Below, piece by piece: positions 1-12,358 of a stretch of DNA of 64,000 nucleotides. Made by a program: the position numbers and the translations under genes. Every line of letters begins with the position of its first letter. Position 1 is the stretch's first letter. The notes under the pieces are model-generated. The model was not told the DNA's origin. It saw only the letters and a program-made list of their open reading frames with translations, and made no database searches. The DNA is from Octopus vulgaris (taxonomy: Eukaryota). The stretch is taken from contig OX597822.1 of the NCBI GenBank assembly GCA_951406725.2, forward strand, positions 79,174,001-79,238,000, written 5' to 3'.

Positions 1-100
1 TAGAAAAAACATCCAAATCTTCCACAAATCATACCTTAGAGTCTTATCAAGAGTGAAAAAGGATAATGTAATTTTAATTATCTATATCCATCACAAGGTC

Positions 101-497
101 CTGTACTTGTTGCAATGTGATCGCTTAAGTACTTCATTGACCCTGAGAGCTATGCCAGCAGAGTGCAAGCTCCTTGCAGAGCTTCCCATACTGGACAGGT
201 CAACAGATAAGGATCAGACTAATATGGACCACCTCTTCCCAGAGGTAAAAATGGATTTGCATAAAGCTGACAACCCTGCTTTAAAAGCAAAATTATAGAA
301 GCATCGATGACAATCCATAACCAACAAGATCTAGGCAAGAAAGGCCTTTTCTCAAGGAAATATACGAAGCAGGATACAGAGGCAAAGATGAAGAAACAGG
401 GATCCAAATGGAAAGAGATAGAAAGGACAATCCAGAGTTGAGAACAGTGAAGAAAAATCATTGACAGGCTAATCTTCATAAGAAGTGAAAGGCTTAA
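101..497 (+). mobile_element. Internally deleted (bipartite) RTE-clade LINE relic
   Basis: 101-290 resembles RTE/Expander-type 5' ends (gaccctgagagctatg...cccatactggacaggtc...cagactaa). 370-497 translates QDTEAKMKKQGSKWKEIERTIQS*EQ*RKIIDRLIFIRSERL, like an RTE ORF C-terminus with stops. Confidence 0.65.
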
Positions 498-507
498 TGC
501 AAAATAA

Positions 508-791
508 AGCATATTTTATTGTGTCTGGGGAGAGTCATTCTCTTTTAGCGCCATATTATTTATCACACTGGTTCCATTTTTAATCATTTACTTACTTATT
601 TTTGCTAAAATTTTCATAGTGTCTTGCAAACTTTTCAATAGTTGTGAATTTGTCAACAATTATTGAAAAGGTTACAAGACGCAACGAAAATTTTAGAAAA
701 ATTAAGTAAATGAGTGGAAATCAAGCCGGTGAGTGTGTTAAATATTAAGATACAAAAAGAGAATGACTCTCTCCAGACAATAAAATAGGCT
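508..791. mobile_element. Fold-back MITE (imperfect ~280-bp palindrome)
   Basis: tattttattgtgtctggggagagtcattctctttt (512-) is the inverted counterpart of aaaagagaatgactctctccagacaataaaata (-787). Symmetry continues to the centre (tcttgcaaacttttcaat / attgaaaaggttacaaga). Confidence 0.8.
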
Positions 792-1784
792 CCAACACAC
801 GAATTCACATAAAGAACCTTGCAAACCAAACAAAAAACTGAAATGCATACTCTCATATCCCTTAAAGGATAAGTCATAGCAAGAATGGCTTAGATCAAAG
901 GTTTTGCCCAATCAAAGTTGATCTGGAGCTAATCAACAACAATAATTACTAATATTTTGACACATTTCACAATTTTTCTAAGATTCAAAAGCAAAAAAAC
1001 ATAACATCAGAAGAATTTTCCCTATAGTGACCCTGAGCTGTATGATTCTGCAAGTGCACAACAGGTTGTTCCTTACAATTAAATAAACTTTTATTGTGTG
1101 TAGCTATTATGAAATGGCAGACTGAAAACACACATACATACTGCATAAGCATGCTTCAGCTGATTCAGCCACTACACATATCACATGCATTTCTTCAAAA
1201 AAAATAAATGAATAAACCTGTTGTTACATAATTAGCCTGGATTTTATAGATAGACAAATTCACAAATTACTGTTGACAGCCTTTTATTGAAGTAACCATA
1301 GCATTTAGAAGTTTAATGGTTTCCAGAGCAATCATTGTTGAGTAGCAGATGTCGCTTCAACAAGACCATAACTATGGCATGGAGACAGATAAATGAATGC
1401 TTAGAAATAGGCGTTCATAATCTTTGTTTTGAGGACCAAGCTGTCTCTCTCCCTCACTGCAAAGTAAAACATACAAGTTGTAATGTAATTAATCCTATCA
1501 ACTGCAGAAGTGCATTCTGTGCACTTTAAAAGCCTCCACTTCAGCTCAACCTCATCCAGGTTGAATATATACTACTGTGGTTCTTGAGTATACAATATGA
1601 GATGTGGACATGGGGATATGAATGTATATATGTGTATATATGCATGTTTCTGAGTATAGATATGCATTTATATTAATGTGCATATATGATTATACATTCC
1701 TGATTTCACATCATGTATATCTTTGAGTGTTAATGTATATATATTTATGTACATAAGCATAAGAATATGCATACACACATAAAT

Positions 1785-2011
1785 GTTTCTTTATTGCCCA
1801 CAAGGGGCTAAACATAGAGGGGACAAACAAGGACAGACAAAGGGATTAAGTCGATTAAATCGACCCCAGTGCAAAACTGGTACTTTATTTATCAACCCCA
1901 AAAGGATGAAAGGCAAAGTCGACCTCGGCGGAATTTGAACTCAGAACGTAACGGCAGACAAAATACGGCTATGCATTTCGCCCGGCGTGCTAACGTTTCT
2001 GCCAGCTCGCC
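1785..2011 (-). mobile_element. tRNA-derived SINE, family S2 (young copy)
   Basis: Minus strand ggcgagctggcagaaacgtt (A box) ... gagttcaaattcc (B box); CpG-rich; homologous to many copies in the window; ends ccccttgtgggcaataaagaaac. Confidence 0.85.
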
Positions 2012-2679
2012 GAGACACTGTATGGATAATGATGGTGGTGAAGTCAGCATAGCTAAAAGCAGCTTACATCCAAGCTGTCTGCATATTCTTAAGGACTCTG
2101 CATATTCTTAAGTCCACAAATGTGACAACTGGAGTAGGGTACATCCAACTTGACTTTCAGTAGACTGTGTATTTTGGAAAGCCCTATCAAAATCCTATAG
2201 CTATTAGACAGGATTATATCCAACTTGTCATCCTACCTCTCTTTATATCTTTAGTAGTTTGGTAGAGTCCCCATTGTAAAGATAATGTGGCCAAGTACAT
2301 AGGTACTGAAGTATTTGATCATGGAATATCAGTTTGACTCCACTGTATGTGTTTTTATTGCAATTATATAAGAAACACTTCAGTATCAGTTTCTTTGGCA
2401 GGTAAGCAGATGTACCAATTAACCTTCAGAAGGGAAGAGAGTGTCCATTATCTTTTACAGGTCCTCCATGAACACTGGAAGGGAAGGATGGAGGAAGGGA
2501 AGGATGGAGGAAGGTATCCTCAAATCAGAGACCTGGCATGGATACTTGAAACAGAGTAGACTCCATTAAAGATACCCAAGGTGTTATGTGGTGGTATTAA
2601 ACTAGGCAATTGATTCTACCACCAAGAAGATAATGGTAGGATCTGAACTCGGATGCAAAGAATTGGAACAAATACTGGA

Positions 2680-2850
2680 AGGTATGTGATCCAACATTCT
2701 TAGTTCTGCAAACTCACCAACTTGGATTGGTACATTTTTATTGACTCTAAAAAGATGAAAGATAAAGTTGATCTTGGCAAGATTTGAACTCAGAGTACAG
2801 ACCATTAGAGCATCAGAACAAATCTGATGCTTTAGTGGCTCTATTGATTG
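2680..2850 (-). mobile_element. Decayed S2 SINE
   Basis: aaaagatgaaagataaagttgatcttggcaagatttgaactcaga matches the S2 core. Confidence 0.65.
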
Positions 2851-3439
2851 AGAGAGACACTATGGCAAAGTGAATTTGATTAATGTAATTTATGGACTCA
2901 TGGCTGGAGGAAATAGAAAACTGATAATGTTTTTAAGATAAGTATATACATACTTTTATTGATATTTAATCAAATTCTACCTGCTACTAGTACCATGTAA
3001 ATCTATATAACCTGTTTCATGATTGAATGGTCAGCAACTAAAACATCCCTCTCCTAACCAGTTTTCTGGGTGAAAGGGAGTCTGAGTACTTGATAGGATT
3101 TAAAATAAAACACATTAAAGAGGGAAAAGTTGAAAGAGCCTTTCAAACAGAGAAGTCATAACCAACCATTCATGGAGAGGGAACAAATGCCAAATGGTTA
3201 ACTATCAATCAAGGCACTACATGGTGACATGGCTAAACTTAAATAACAAATATGTAGTTGGGCCCTGAGCTGACTGATGACTGGAAAAATTGCTAGACAC
3301 TGATAGCATCCTTATGCTATGCCAGCTTATCCCACCCATACCAGCAAGGAAGGCAGATGATGATGATGATGATATTTAGGCTGGTTAATGTTGATGAAAT
3401 ATTCTTTTTGAATGAAAGCCTAGCAATAACTGAATTCAC

Positions 3440-3640
3440 TTGTATGACAGTTATTTGGGAGGACTTACATCTGTTTTCCATGCCTGCATGTGTTGAATGG
3501 TTTGATAGGATCTGGTAAGCCACAGGGCTATGTCAAGCCATTTTTGGCATGGTTTCTATGAATGGATGTGCTCCCTAACACCAATTACTTTACAGTGTGT
3601 GCAGGGTACATCTCTGTACCACTGTGAGCTTTTCAAGTAA
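3440..3640 (-). mobile_element. RTE-type 3' tail element
   Basis: catctgttttccatgc...tttggcatggtttcta...cctaacaccaa matches the tail of the RTE relic at 28302-28470. Confidence 0.6.
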
Positions 3641-3761
3641 CTTACTGGACAGGAAAAGGTAAAGGAAAAGCCCTTTTGACTAAGTGGAGGGAGTAATTTA
3701 GGTGACTATGTACCAAGTGTCAAGAGGCTGAAGCATAACAGAGGGATAAGTACAGGTAGCT

Positions 3762-4172
3762 ATCTTTTATCTTTTACTTGTTTCAAGTCATTAGGCTGCA
3801 GCCATGCTGGGGCACTTCCTCGAAGAGTTTTAGTCAAATGAATTGACTTCAGTATTTATTTTTTGTCTTTTTTAAAGCCTGAAATATATTCTGTTGGTCA
3901 CGTTTGTTGAACTGCTGAGTTATAGGGATGTAAACACACCAACACTAGTTGGTGTCAAGTGATGGTAGGGGACAAACACGATGCACACATAAATATATAT
4001 TACATATAAGATGGGTTTCTTTTAGTTCTTGTCTATCAAATCTACTCACAAGGCTTTGGTCAGCCTGAGGCTACAGTAGATCACACTTACCCAAAGTGCC
4101 ACAGAGTGGGACTAAACCTAGAACCTCATGTGGTTGGGAAGCAAACTTCTTACTACAAAGTCATACCTGCCT
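3762..4172 (-). mobile_element. tRNA-derived CORE-like SINE S1 (CR1-type tail)
   Basis: Homologous over its length to the young copy at 48895-49314. Confidence 0.8.
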
Positions 4173-4342
4173 CTATACATATATATATATAGATCAGTGC
4201 AATAGCATGTGACAAGGCTGGGCCTTTGAACTACAATTACCCAAGATGACACTTTCCCAAGATGCCATATAGCAGAATTGAAACCATTATCTGCTAAGTA
4301 ACCTTAACCATTCAACCATACTGAACCAAAACACACAAACAT

Positions 4343-4454
<112 letters not shown>

Positions 4455-4513
4455 AAATGACATTCTGGATTGTTCACTTGATCTTTTCTGTTTTGTAAAT
4501 TACCACCTTTTAG

Positions 4514-4777
4514 GAAGATGGAGCTGACAGTACATGCCATTAAAAGTAATGTTATCAACGTAAGTACAGTGGATTATTTTCGTTTTTTTTTCTTCTTTGT
4601 TTTTTTACCTTGCTTAGTTTTGTTTTATTTTCACAATTCTCCAGTATACAGAGAAAAAGAGGAAATTGCAGAAGACAATTTTGGAAATAATAATAGAATT
4701 TACCGAGAATCTTTGTCTGATCATGACTAAAGAATTTCCTGCCTTCTCACTGGTTGATATGTTAATTGGAAGTTTTA

Positions 4778-4780
<3 letters not shown>
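4514..4780 (+). other. Candidate two-exon gene fragment (exon 4514-4559, intron 4560-4644, exon from 4645)
   Basis: ccttttag|GAAG...AAC|gtaagt, U-rich 85-nt intron ending ctccag|. The spliced frame is open: [50 protein letters not shown]. No recognisable homology. Confidence 0.3.
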
Positions 4781-4844
<64 letters not shown>

Positions 4845-5133
4845 GCATGTGTGTGCAGGGGTGAGATGGGCAGGCAATAAATTATTGGACTAACTGTTCA
4901 TAAAGTCGTGGGTTCAAATCCCATTCAAACATTTCATTGTGTGTCCCAACAAAACAATTTACATTTGCTTTAGTTCATCCAGATACTGGAAAAAAATTAA
5001 GAAAAAAAAGACAAAGAAAAGATTGTTCAGAGCCAGAAGGCCTTTAATCATAGATCTGCTTGAATAGAGACTATCTGAAACTAAACAATAACACTACACA
5101 CACAAGTGCATGTATGTATATGTATGCATGTGC

Positions 5134-5207
<74 letters not shown>

Positions 5208-5211
5208 CTTA

Positions 5212-5370
5212 TACTGTATTTACACATGTACAAGTCACTCTATTTTATACCTAGTTTTAACTGAAAATCTGGAATGCAATTTATGGGGCAAAACTAAAAC
5301 TATGATGTGAAAAGATTTTGTACCAAAATTTAACACCAAATTAAGGGTGTGATTTATACACAAGCATAGC
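5212..5370. mobile_element. Decayed pogo/Tc1-type MITE
   Basis: Left end tactgtatttacacatgtacaagtcac with an inverted counterpart gtgatttatacaca near 5348-5362. Confidence 0.45.
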
Positions 5371-5719
5371 GCAATGTGTGTGTGTTTGTGTATGTGTATA
5401 CACACACGTGTTCATCCAGATTTAATGAGGCTGCTCATTAGTTACCAATGTTGGTTTTAATAGCAAAGCAAATTTAAAACAGCTAATTGGCAGACATTCT
5501 TGAACACCACACTAAATACCATGTATTTAATCCTAAGTTCTGAGATCAATGCTGTCAATAAAGAGTTTGCCTTTCTCCTCATTGAGAGAGGAGAACCAGT
5601 TTTCATTTCTTGCAAAAGGAAGGTGGTGGTGGTGGTGGTAGTGATAAAATATGGATCATCGATGTACTGGGGTTGATTTATTCAACAACATCACTGATCT
5701 AAAATAATTAGAATTTTAA

Positions 5720-6012
5720 CAACAAAGGACACTACTGGTATCATCTTCATTAAACCACATCTTATAGTCTTAAAAAAGGAAGGACACACAATAGATAATG
5801 TTGTCCTAGATACATGTTTTGAAAAAAGTTGGGATGATTACAGATATAATCCCTTTGATCATGGTTATATTGGTCAAGGCTGATAAGGAACTCAGTCATA
5901 ATTAAGTGAAAGATATTAAAGGATGTAGGTACACAAATGACAAGGTAGTTATGGATGGGATGCTTTTCATCATGTCTACTTCATCAGGTTTGACCATGGG
6001 CTAAACAACAAT
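5720..6012 (+). mobile_element. Family A short interspersed repeat (duplicated 3' part)
   Basis: gtcttaaaaaaggaaggacac...gataatgttgtcctagataca...gggatg...tttgatcat...gggctaaacaac. Confidence 0.7.
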
Positions 6013-6279
6013 TAGATTTTTGTCCAAAGAAAAAAATAGAGATCTGAGAGAAACTGTAAAATCCCAGGTCAAAGCACCTTACAATATTAAATTTTGTTTC
6101 TCTATTTCTCAGCTTAGAGGGTATTTGCCATTCAGCCACTGAAGTGTCAATTAAGTAGAAGCTTTAATCTGTTTTCCAGTTGAAACTCTTTGCCTGTCCT
6201 TAGTATCACATACGATAGACAGGACACATTTTCTTGAAATCTATACATCATATATGATACACATTCCCAAATTTTGTAA

Positions 6280-6572
6280 CCAGCAGAGTAGCGTGGGACT
6301 TATGAAAGGAAAGCTTTATATTATTAAGAATATACAAAAGTGAACCCCGACTGCTTTCAAAAATTAAGTAAAAAACAAGAAAAATAATCCAGAATCCTTG
6401 TCAAGTACTGGATCAATCCCAAAATCTAATCAATTCATGCCAGTCACGAGGCCAAACATCCCTGAAAGTCTCATCCAAATCCATCCAGCGGTTCTTGAGA
6501 TATCTTGTCCACAAACAAACAAACAAACATGACTGTATACAATACCTCTGCCTCAGAAAGGGCGGAGGTAAT
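6280..6572 (+). mobile_element. Non-autonomous Helentron-type (HINE/DINE-like) element
   Basis: aaatccatccagcggttcttgagatat motif, (ACAA)n microsatellite, and a subterminal hairpin tacctctgcc...ggcggaggta (6543-6570). Confidence 0.7.
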
Positions 6573-6576
6573 AAAT

Positions 6577-6803
6577 ACCAATGTGTCAAGAGGGAAGCCT
6601 CTACATAGTTACTTGTTAAAAATAGCAGCCAGATCTTCCTAAAATCACACCCTTAAAAATAGGAGACATTAGATATTGTAATCCAAGCTAATGTAGTTCT
6701 ATATCTATAAAAAAAAAGGGGTGGTGGTCATGGATGGAACTGATTTGATAATAGGCTTAGTAGATTAAGGCTGACCTGAAGCTAAATAATAACAACAGCA
6801 ACA
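6577..6803 (+). mobile_element. Family A short interspersed repeat
   Basis: Full copy: ggaagcctctaca...aaatagcagcc...aatcacaccc...ggctgacctgaagctaaataataacaac. Confidence 0.75.
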
Positions 6804-7218
6804 GTGTATTGGGTCAATTCATATTTCTGTGACACTTCTCTGAAAAAAGCAGTCTTCTGTCTGGTCAAAATAAATCAATAAAACAGAGCTGACTAGTGCT
6901 ATAGAATAATAAGCACCAGAAGTACTACCACCACAGTCACCACCACAACTACTGAAGCTATCAATAACATACAATTACTAAATCTCCCGTTATTATCGTT
7001 ACTCTATTATAACATGTCCTGCCTCATATTACACTCTAACTTCAATTTCATTGGTCAATCATGTTACACATCTATGAATGAAAGTGTTCACCAGTAGAAT
7101 TTCAAGGCCTGCTTCTTCCATTCACGACTGGTGACATTGACATACATGGAAGCTATAATACAACACCAACCTTTGCTCTCTCACTCTCTCTTTCCTGTTC
7201 TCTTTCACACACACACAG

Positions 7219-7314
7219 TGTGTTTATCTGTTAACAATGATGGAAAACAACCAAAATACAGCATTGCTGAAAGTTTTCCTTATGCTTATGAAGGGGAATT
7301 ACAAGGACATACAG
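7219..7314 (+). other. Candidate 96-nt internal exon
   Basis: Long CT tract + acag| acceptor and CAG|gtatgt donor; 96 nt with two open frames. The splice sites abut microsatellites, so this may be chance. Confidence 0.25.
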
Positions 7315-7869
7315 GTATGTGCGTGTGTGTATGTGTGTGTGTGCGTACGTGTATGTGTGTGTGTGTGCGTGCGTGTATGCATGCATTCATGCTTGACGCA
7401 TATATTGAAGACATAGCCATCAACTGTGAAACAATTCCTCCACACACACACACACACACATACACACGTCAATGATCATCAGACAAGAAGTGAAATGGAA
7501 AGCCAATACATCAAACATACATAAACACACTCACACACAAAAACACACTCATACATACATAAACACATTCGCACACATAAACACACTCACGCGCACATAA
7601 ACACACACACACACTCACACAAGAACATCAATATTTTAATTTATTATCATTCTGTGTTTGTCACAGTTGGCAAACACTATAAATTTGAACTTGTTAGAAT
7701 ATATGTGGTAGAAAACAATAATAATAATAACAATAACAATAACGGTAAAATGATGATGAGAATGCATGAAAATTAATTCAGTGAGCTAAAAGCACAATGC
7801 CATGCAATGTTGTAATCAATAATTGCATTGTCGAACGAGATCAGAAACTCTTCTTATTGAGTATTGGAA

Positions 7870-8870
7870 ATGTGTGAAGAGAGAGGGACGATACAGTGAA
7901 AAGAGATGTGCACAGTGATAGAGAGATAGTTAGCAAGATGGACAAAGAGATTGTTAAACAGGTACAGACTCAGACAGATAGATAGATAAAAGATAAACAT
8001 ATGTGTAGATACACAGGCATAGATACAGACAATTACAGATAGACATAGATGGATACACATGAATAGACAAAAATGGGCAGATAGACATGGACAGATGGCT
8101 GCATGAAGATAGACACATGTGGGTAGATACACACACGTGGCTAGATACATATGAACAAACATGCATGGGGAAATAGACATACTTGGGTAGAGTGAGAGAT
8201 ATAAAGATGGCTAGACAAAGAAGGATAGATACACAAAGGATAAAGACAATTAAGAATAGACAAATGAATATACACACGTAAGATAGACAGAAACATGGAC
8301 AAGCACAGAGACACGTAAAACCAAGATGGATAAAGATACATACAAAGACACACACACACACACAGCCAAGAACAGGATAAACAGACACATTGAGATAGAA
8401 AGAACATAGATGGATGAATAGACAGATAAATGTACAAAGATGTACCTATAGGGATGGATAGACACAAACGGACGGAGAAAATTGGATAGATATTGATGGA
8501 TAGACAAAGATGAATAGAGATACTGATGTGAAGAGACAAAGATATATAGACAAGTAGATATCTAGTAAAGGTATCATAAAAAAAGAAAGCAAGCAGACAG
8601 AGAGACATAGAGCTAAGTAGACTGCAATATGTATATATATATATATATATATATAATTTATAGAGAGATAATCTATCCAGACAGAGAGATATACTGACAG
8701 AGACAAATAATGGGAAACTCTAAGGTAGGGATAAAGGAAAGGGAAGGAGGACCTGATGAACAGAGGCAAAAAGTTTCTGAGTGAGAGAGAGTGGGAAGGA
8801 GAAAAGGAGGCAGGCAGAGAAGAAGGAGACAAAGAGGAGAAGGGGAGAAAAGTAAGAGAGAGTAAGAGAT
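7870..8870. repeat. Degenerate (GATA/GACA)n purine-rich simple sequence
   Basis: Recurrent gatagac/gatagat/acagat units; source of the spurious minus-strand ORFs at 7854-8832. Confidence 0.85.
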
Positions 8871-9669
8871 TTTTCAGGAGATTAGATACAGAAAAAATGT
8901 CCTAATGTGATAGGAAATATCAAAAGCAAAAATTCTAGTAAAGAGAAAAGAACAATGGTAACAAGAGCAACTATAGAGAAAGTAATAATAATAATTTATA
9001 TATGTTACGAATTCTTTAACAATGCAATAAAGCATGAAGAAAGTGAATGCAAAATAAATGTATGAATGAATGACTACAAAAATTTGGAATGACAAGAGGT
9101 AAAATGAAAGAGCATACATATAGTTACATATAGGTACATGTATGTATATATTTATAGGTGTGTGTATGTGCATATATATATATGCAAATAAACATACTTG
9201 GGCTTCGTACATAAAATAAACATATATATATACATGCAAATATATATATAGGGATGTGTGTGTGTGTAAACAAACTGAAAATATTCATCAGATGAACGTT
9301 CATGTGCAAGCATAAAGACATTGATATATTTTACAGAGAAGATTTACATGGAGTGCAAAAGATACAGAAAACTAAAAAGAGAGGGCATGATATTTCAGGC
9401 CCGACAACTGTTTTGGGGAGTACAGAATTATGTAATAGTTGTAATGTTGGCAGATGGAACATACAAAAAGTCAGGTGTATGCCACCAGTAGTGGATGCAT
9501 ATAAACAGTATCGTAAATCCAACCTCATTCTTCAGGGTGGAGAGATTGGCATCTTTATATATATCTCTATATGTATTTACATGTGTATATGTATGTATAT
9601 TTTATATATCAAACCCAAGCATATTTATTTGCTTATTTGCATCATTCTCTCCATATTAGCTTACCTTGA

Positions 9670-9925
9670 TTCATCATCATCATCATCATTTAGCATCTGA
9701 TTTCTATGCTGGCATGGATTAAACGGTTTGATTGGAATTGGTAAGCCAGAGAGCTGTACCAAATTTCAGTCTGATTTGGCATGGTTTCTACACTTGGATG
9801 CCCTTCCTAATGCCAACCACTCTAAGAGTGTAGTGGGTGCATTTTACATGTCACCAGCATAGGCGTCTTTTATGTGTCACCAGCACAGGTGCCTTTCATG
9901 TGTCACTGGCACAGATGCCTTATGG
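9670..9925 (-). mobile_element. RTE-type 3' tail element with (GAT)n tail
   Basis: (cat)n...catggtttcta...ggatgcccttcctaatgccaaccactc...gtagtgggtgc...tgtcaccagca repeats. Confidence 0.75.
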
Positions 9926-10019
9926 ATGTTAAGTGAAGATGGTGATATATCATTATCACTGTTTTTACAACCACATACCCAAATATGGTTGCATGCTTTA
10001 GATAAAATTCATTGAAGCA

Positions 10020-10930
10020 AATGTTCTATAGCTACATTTTCTTCCTTTTACTGTCACTTGTTTCCAAACAAGATAGAATTCATTTACAATTGTCAACACA
10101 CATTCAAAGCCATTCATGCATACACTACTTCAATACACAACACAGTGTTTGTCTCTCAAGTGTTCAATCTGGATTCCAAGAGTCTCTGAAGCTTGTGTAC
10201 TTTCCATTGCATGATCCATTTTCTTTTGGAGTCAACTTGTACATATAATCTCAAATAACTACGATAAAAACCATTCAGCAAGATCCATCTTCCAAACTGA
10301 CATAAAGTACATCAGAATAGCTGAAGGTTTTCTCAAAGCTTGAAAAATATGGAACCTTTCTTAGATTTCAACCTTGATAATGCTTTATATACCTTCAAAC
10401 AGCATCTTCACTTTGGGGTATTTTCCAGTATCGTTCATTCTACAAACATCAGATGATACATTTAGATGAGTGTGTAGATACCCAGCTCATCTGAACTATA
10501 CATCTTTCTAATTCAGATTTCTCTTCTTTATTTACTCATAATTTTTCCTTAGTGATCTTCCTTCCTGTATTTCTATTGAAGATATGAAGAATGTGTATAA
10601 GGCTTGATCTATCTTTTCCTTTTTAAAGATATAATGTGTGATAAGACAAACTTGGCTATTATTTCTCATGGGTCAAACAGCCATGTACAAGCTTATTCCA
10701 AAGTGTTGTATGTTGCTGCAGTTGAAGTTATTTAATCCCAAGTTAGGCTCATCAAGTGGTTGTATGAGCAAATGTATTCCAATAGTAGTTATCTTGTCTT
10801 TTCTTAAGGAGGGGAGAAATATAGTGTCTCTAACTTACTCAAAGTGTCCTTCCATTTAAGGCAGTAAGATATATTGTGAAGATTTGTGGGCTATTTCAAG
10901 GAGGTCAAGCAAGAATGTAGAAACTCAATA
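10020..10930 (-). pseudogene. Possible highly decayed L1/Tx1-like ORF2 C-terminal relic
   Basis: Non-microsatellite, coding-like stretch with many stops; QPLDEPNLGLNN and PKVKMLF loosely echo Tx1 PxxxGGLG and PxKVKxF motifs. Confidence 0.3.
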
Positions 10931-11017
10931 ATGATTCCTGTACAGACACGCCAAGCATTGACGACAATTTGATGGGTTATCTTTCATTTCTATTTTCTGC
11001 TAGAGTCATTGTAAGCC

Positions 11018-11240
11018 ATCAATAGAACCTCTATGCAGTCACTCAACTGCAAAAAATAACAGATAAATCTGCTTCAATTACACACTACCATCTTATAAAA
11101 AATAAAAAGGGATATAATAAAATTTGTGATCTTCTAGATATCCTTTAAAAAAGACAAGATGGTCACAACTGGAATGTCTTAGATTATAATCATGCTTAAC
11201 CACAGTTGATGAATAGGAAAAGATGTGTTAAAAAACAACA
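11018..11240 (+). mobile_element. Family A short interspersed repeat
   Basis: aacctctatgcagtcactcaac...catcttataaaa...aagatggtcacaactggaatgtc. Confidence 0.65.
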
Positions 11241-11941
11241 GGTAGAATCACTCATGTACTTCAGTTCTTACATAGCTCAGTGCTGCTGCCAGCCTTTAGT
11301 TATCTGTGTTTCAATCTGAAACTACATTTTTCTGCATCAACTTCAATGTAATTTCATTATGGAAAATAAAATAATTTGCAAATATTCAACAGTGATTTTA
11401 TTCAAGATATTAATCTTACTTTGAATTTAATTTAATTTGCCTAACATTCTGAGACCAGACGTATCTTAAACACACAATATCTGTGTGTACTTTAGAAAGA
11501 GAGTATATACATTTTAGACATATGCAAATGTGGGGGCATAATTTAATCTGTATATGTGTGTGTATGTGAATGAGTGAATGAGTGCATAAATGTATACATG
11601 TGTGTACATATTTCTATACATGAATATGAGTCTATATACATTTGTGTAATTATGTGGCATAGCAAATCTGCATGTGTGTGTGTGTCTGTGTGTGAGAATA
11701 TGTTTGAGTGTACATCTGCAAATATGGCTGTATACTGTGTGTGCATGTGTATAAGTACTTCTCTGTAAATGTATATGTATACATTTAGTAAATGTGCCTG
11801 TGTTTGTGACTGTCTAAATATATTTGCAGTTATATGCACACACCCACATATATGCATGTGTGATTGTACACACAAACACACATATCAGTTTCCGATATCT
11901 ACACTAATACAGAATTATCTATTTGATTTCACTTTCTGTTT

Positions 11942-11982
<41 letters not shown>

Positions 11983-12358
11983 TATGCTTTTCTACATTCA
12001 TATAATCATGCATTCAAATGTATACAAGAAGTTTACAACACACACACCACATTCAATTTATACATGTTACATATCAATAATTGATAAATATTGAATTTCT
12101 TCCCAAAAAGTCCTTAACTTATAAAAAAAAAAAAAAGCTATATACATTAGTGGTGGTGATGTTACTGATTTTACTAAGTCACATGTCAGATCTATGTATG
12201 AGCAGACTTATGAGTGAAATGTTCAGTAATAACCATCACATCTTTTTAGGGACATAGTATATCTAGAAGTACATTAAAGAATATGTTCTGCCTTTTTTTG
12301 TGAGACAGTAGTGTGATTTGAAGGGGTCAGGAGTTTTTAATTCTTTTTCAGGCCATAG

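Noticed and set aside
2385-2406. Plus-strand tttctttggcag|gtaagc as a second ratchet point
   Set aside because: Short pyrimidine tract, weaker donor, no clear branch point or downstream RS-exon donor.
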